A DNA stretch of 64,000 nt from NCBI RefSeq assembly GCF_009914755.1, contig NC_060928.1; one strand, written 5' to 3'. The position numbers and the translations under genes were made by a program. Source of the stretch: the human T2T-CHM13v2.0 reference genome, Homo sapiens. The notes beneath the pieces were generated by a model, which searched no databases, had not been told where the DNA came from, and saw only the letters and a program-made list of their open reading frames with translations. Below are positions 1-64,000 of the stretch, in pieces. The stretch's first letter is position 1. The number at the start of each line of letters is the position of its first letter.

Positions 1-367
1 TATTCCAAATTTGGTATTTTTATATTCACAGTAATTTAAGATAAAACTACCCCAATGGTTCTTGTAATTCTGCCTGACATCACTAAATAGCACAATCAAA
101 ATTTTGCTGAAAGTCTGAACATATATTACATCAAGACCTTAAGCAAACAATTCTTCAAAACCTTTATATAAGAATTTCCACATAACTTAAGGTTGATTCG
201 AAGGAATACTCAATATAAAACCCAAACAAAACTAGTATAATATCATCACCCTTAATGAAACATTCATCTAACAATCTGTTTCAACAACATCAATTTTAGG
301 TTGTTCACAGTGACTTTCTTTTTAAGTAGCAAAAGGTAGTTTTTGTTAAAGTATATAAAATACATAC

Positions 368-58896
<58,529 letters not shown>

Positions 58897-59864
58897 CTTA
58901 CAAGGAAAAAAAAAAAAACACATTAAAAGCATTAGTATCCTCAATATCACTATAGCATGTTCCTAAACATTAGATTAACAATAACTACTCACATTCTTCC
59001 TCCACATCAAAAGGTTCATTAAAAAACATGCAGCTCAAAAAACTGAAGTTTCTGAAGTAATCTCCAAATTTAGACAGCAAAGTAAGAGAATATAAAAATT
59101 AAAATATTTTTCAACAAAAACAAATATAGGATGTCTTAGGTAAATTGCTATCTACTAACCTGTTACCAATAAAGATCTAAATCAACTCTACAATTGCTTC
59201 TCATCCAGTCTTTCATTTATGAAGTATCAAATCTGTGAACTACACTGAATAATCTAAAGGTCCTTTGTTACCCAAACAACTTATGAGCTCACGGTAAAAC
59301 TGAAAAGCTGAAAAAGGCTCAGAGTGGTCACACATTGGAGTTTATATTAGTCAAATTTTTGGTTTATTAAGCCTATTCATTTTACCTCTCCTCTGTAGAT
59401 AATCAGTATAACTTACATATAATTAGTCACATATCCAAAGTCAGTAACCAAGAAAATGTATTTCACTGATATTACTATCAGAACGCTATAGCTATACAGG
59501 CCTTGTCATCTCACCCAGAGCCTCCCCATACAGAGGGAAGGTTCGTAAATTTTAAATAAATCGTAATTGTGTAAAGGAATTAAAATACTTTTAGAATTAC
59601 CTTTGTAGAGCTATCTCATTTAACTAGATTTTTTAAATAAATTTTTTTAAATTTAAATTTTTTTAATTTAAAAATACATATATTTAAGGTATACAATAAT
59701 GCTATCAACTAGATTTTTTAAAGATCTCTGTCAGAAATAGCTACACACATGATTCACCTACGCTTCTTTCTGAATACTTCTTGATTTTTCATTATGCATT
59801 TCCAAACTGCATACCCAAAAGGTATGCAATAATTAGAAGAAAGTGAACTTTAAAAAACAAATCC

Positions 59865-60536
<672 letters not shown>

Positions 60537-61299
60537 TCAGTACCTGCATGCAGAGAGACAAGAACTCCTGGCAAGCACAGTGATAAAGACATTTCATCTT
60601 TCTCAGAAAGCTCTGGTAGAGATCTCAGCATACAATGCTTTGTATCATCACTACCAAGCAGTGTTAGGAGATGACAGCTGGGATTTTGCTAAAACAGTCT
60701 CTCCTTGTGATGGAGTCAATTCTCCTAGTTACATGGCCGTAGCTAAAAAGTATACGTGCTTGGTTCCCTAGTCCTCCTGGATAAACGCTATAAGCTATCT
60801 ATTATACTATGAAATATTCCATTCTACTTGAACTGGTTGAATTAGATTATATTGTCTGTAAATATGTTGTTTGTAAATTTTAAAAATACACAATTCAAAT
60901 AAGAACTTTAATATAGCTGTTTTGGTTTTGTTTGTATTATTTCCTAATATTGTCTGTAACTTTTTATTTTGAAATAATTTCGAACATTCAAAAAAAGTAC
61001 AGAATTCCTTTATACTCTTCATCCAGCTTCCCCAATGTATACATATTACATAATCATAGTACAGTTATTTAAACCAGGAAATTAACATTTACAATACCAT
61101 TAACCAATCTACAGATATCACTCATAAAAAGATTAAAAAAAGGCATGTATATGAATAAGGTGCTTATTATTAATAATGCTTGGCTGACGGTGGTGGTTAT
61201 TGTTATTATAAGTTTTATAATTTTATAATTACATATCTATATTTATATATTATTATATGATAAAAGTGACATGCAAATAGAACAAAGATCATTTCATCA

Positions 61300-61605
<306 letters not shown>

Positions 61606-61758
61606 GTTTAGGGATAGCTATATTCAAATATCTGGGGGAAAAAAAATCATCAATCAATCCCTCATACCATAAAAAAATTTCCAAATGAGTCTAAGATTTA
61701 AATGTAAAACTGAAGTCATAAAATGAGTCTAAAATAAAACTTATAAAAGCACTAAATG

Positions 61759-61920
61759 GGTTAGGCGTGGTGGCTCATGCCTGTAATCCCAGCACTTCTG
61801 GGAGACCAAGGCGGGAGAGTCATGTGAGTGCAGGACTTCAAGGCTACAGTGAGCTATGATCATGCCACTGAGCCCTAGCCTGGGTGACAGAGCAGGACAT
61901 GTCTCTAAAAATAAAAATTA
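61759..61920 (+). mobile_element. Monomeric Alu (FRAM-like)
   Basis: Single arm with right-arm insert and A-tail. Confidence 0.8.
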
Positions 61921-62464
61921 ATTAAATAAAAGCACTGAATGAAATGATACAAAAAACATTTTATCACTTCAAGTGGTAAAAGCTTTTCTAACTAAGAGTT
62001 TTTAAGATTTCTGGACTTCATATTGACATATTTAACTATATAATAATCAGAAACTCTATATGCAAAAAAAAATCAAAAAGTAAATTAAACACTTAGAAAA
62101 ATCATTTGCAACCCATATCATTACATAAGCACAAATAGCTTCCTGAAAAAAAATTTTTAAAAGAAAATATATCTGCTTGTGGGAACTAGGGTGTTAAAAA
62201 AAAAAAAAGAAAATTTAGGCAAAGGCAATGAACAAAAAGGTAAATAAAAGTGGCACTAAAACATGAAACCCAACTTTGCTTACAAAATGAATATTAAAAA
62301 TACACTAATATACCATTTTTACATATTTGATTGACAAATTCCAAATCTCTAACAACATATAAAAATAATACATAGTATGTGCAAGAACATGAGGAAACAG
62401 GTACTGTCATACATTACTGTTGTTGAGGAAACAGGTACAATATGACTTATTAAGAGCAATTTGG

Positions 62465-62773
62465 GGCTGGGTACGTTGGCGCACACCTGTAATCCCGGGA
62501 CTTTGGGAGGCCGAGGCAGGTGGATCCCTTGAGCGCAGGAGTTTAAGATGAGCCAAGGCAACATAGCAAAATCCCATCTCTACTAAAAATACAAAAATTA
62601 GCCAGGCGTGGTGGCAGACACCTTTAGCCCCATCTACTTGGGAGGCTGAGACACAAGAATCACTTGAACCCAGGAGGCAGAGGTTGCAGTTAGCCAAGAT
62701 CGCATCACTGCACTCTAGACTGGGTGACAGAGTGAGACCTTGTCTCAAAACAAAAAAAAGAAAAACAAAAAAA
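62465..62773 (+). mobile_element. Alu (J/S)
   Basis: Full dimer; TSD agcaatttgg. Confidence 0.9.
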
Positions 62774-62917
62774 TAGCAATTTGGTAATATCTATCAAAAT
62801 TTTTTATTTTTGAAACAGCAATCAAACTACTAGAAATGTATATTATAGACACATTTATGTATCTAACATAATGATGTTAGATACAAGAACTTCATTGTAT
62901 TGACTCTTTTTAAATTA

Positions 62918-63232
<315 letters not shown>

Positions 63233-63559
63233 CTATACAATGAAATATGATGTACATATAGAAAAGAATGAGGCCACTCCACATGATATGAAAAGATCTC
63301 TAAGATACTGTGAGAAAATCAAGGTGGAGAAAAGTGTGAACAGTAGGCTACAATTTGAGTGTAAATCATTTACACATAGACCTATGCATGTGCTAAATAT
63401 GTCTAAGAATGAACTAAATATCGATTGTCTCTGGAAAAGATCTATTGCATAGAAGGCAAAAAAAAGATTTTAGTACATACACTTTTGAACAATTTGAATT
63501 TTGTGCCATGAACACATATTACTTATTTCAAAAAAAACAATTTAAAAAGAAGCAAATGC

Positions 63560-63955
<396 letters not shown>

Positions 63956-64000
63956 TCAAGTAACCTATTTCTAACAAATTACTCACTGAGTCAAAAATAA

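Overview
Human-like (primate) genomic DNA: a 64-kb interior segment of the BEACH-domain gene LRBA, transcribed on the minus strand. I recovered 18 consecutive coding exons. All have GT-AG boundaries and matching phases, and they sum to 2233 nt. The spliced frame reads LVGGQFDLEMNF...PDSSVKIQNP, matching my recollection of LRBA residues ~73-817 (exons 3-20 in the usual numbering, ConA-like/DUF4704 region). The introns are mostly transposable elements: about 35 Alu pieces (about 31 on +, 4 on -), a near full-length old L1PA16/L1PB-class element, truncated L1PA4-like and L1PB1-like 3' ends, older L1M pieces, MLT/MER51 LTRs, and DNA-transposon relics (MER85, MER1, MER58, MER53, MER5A, Tigger4). 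Almost all ORF-track entries are Alu/L1 artefacts or partial exons. I see no new gene or multi-gene system. The most interesting oddities are a Tigger4 fragment with a poly(A) and 12-bp direct repeats, a fold-back inverted duplication inside L1 ORF2, a candidate L1 3' transduction, a MER85 with an extended palindrome, and an Alu layout predicting in-frame circRNAs. Repeat subfamily names come from recalled consensus sequences, not a database search.
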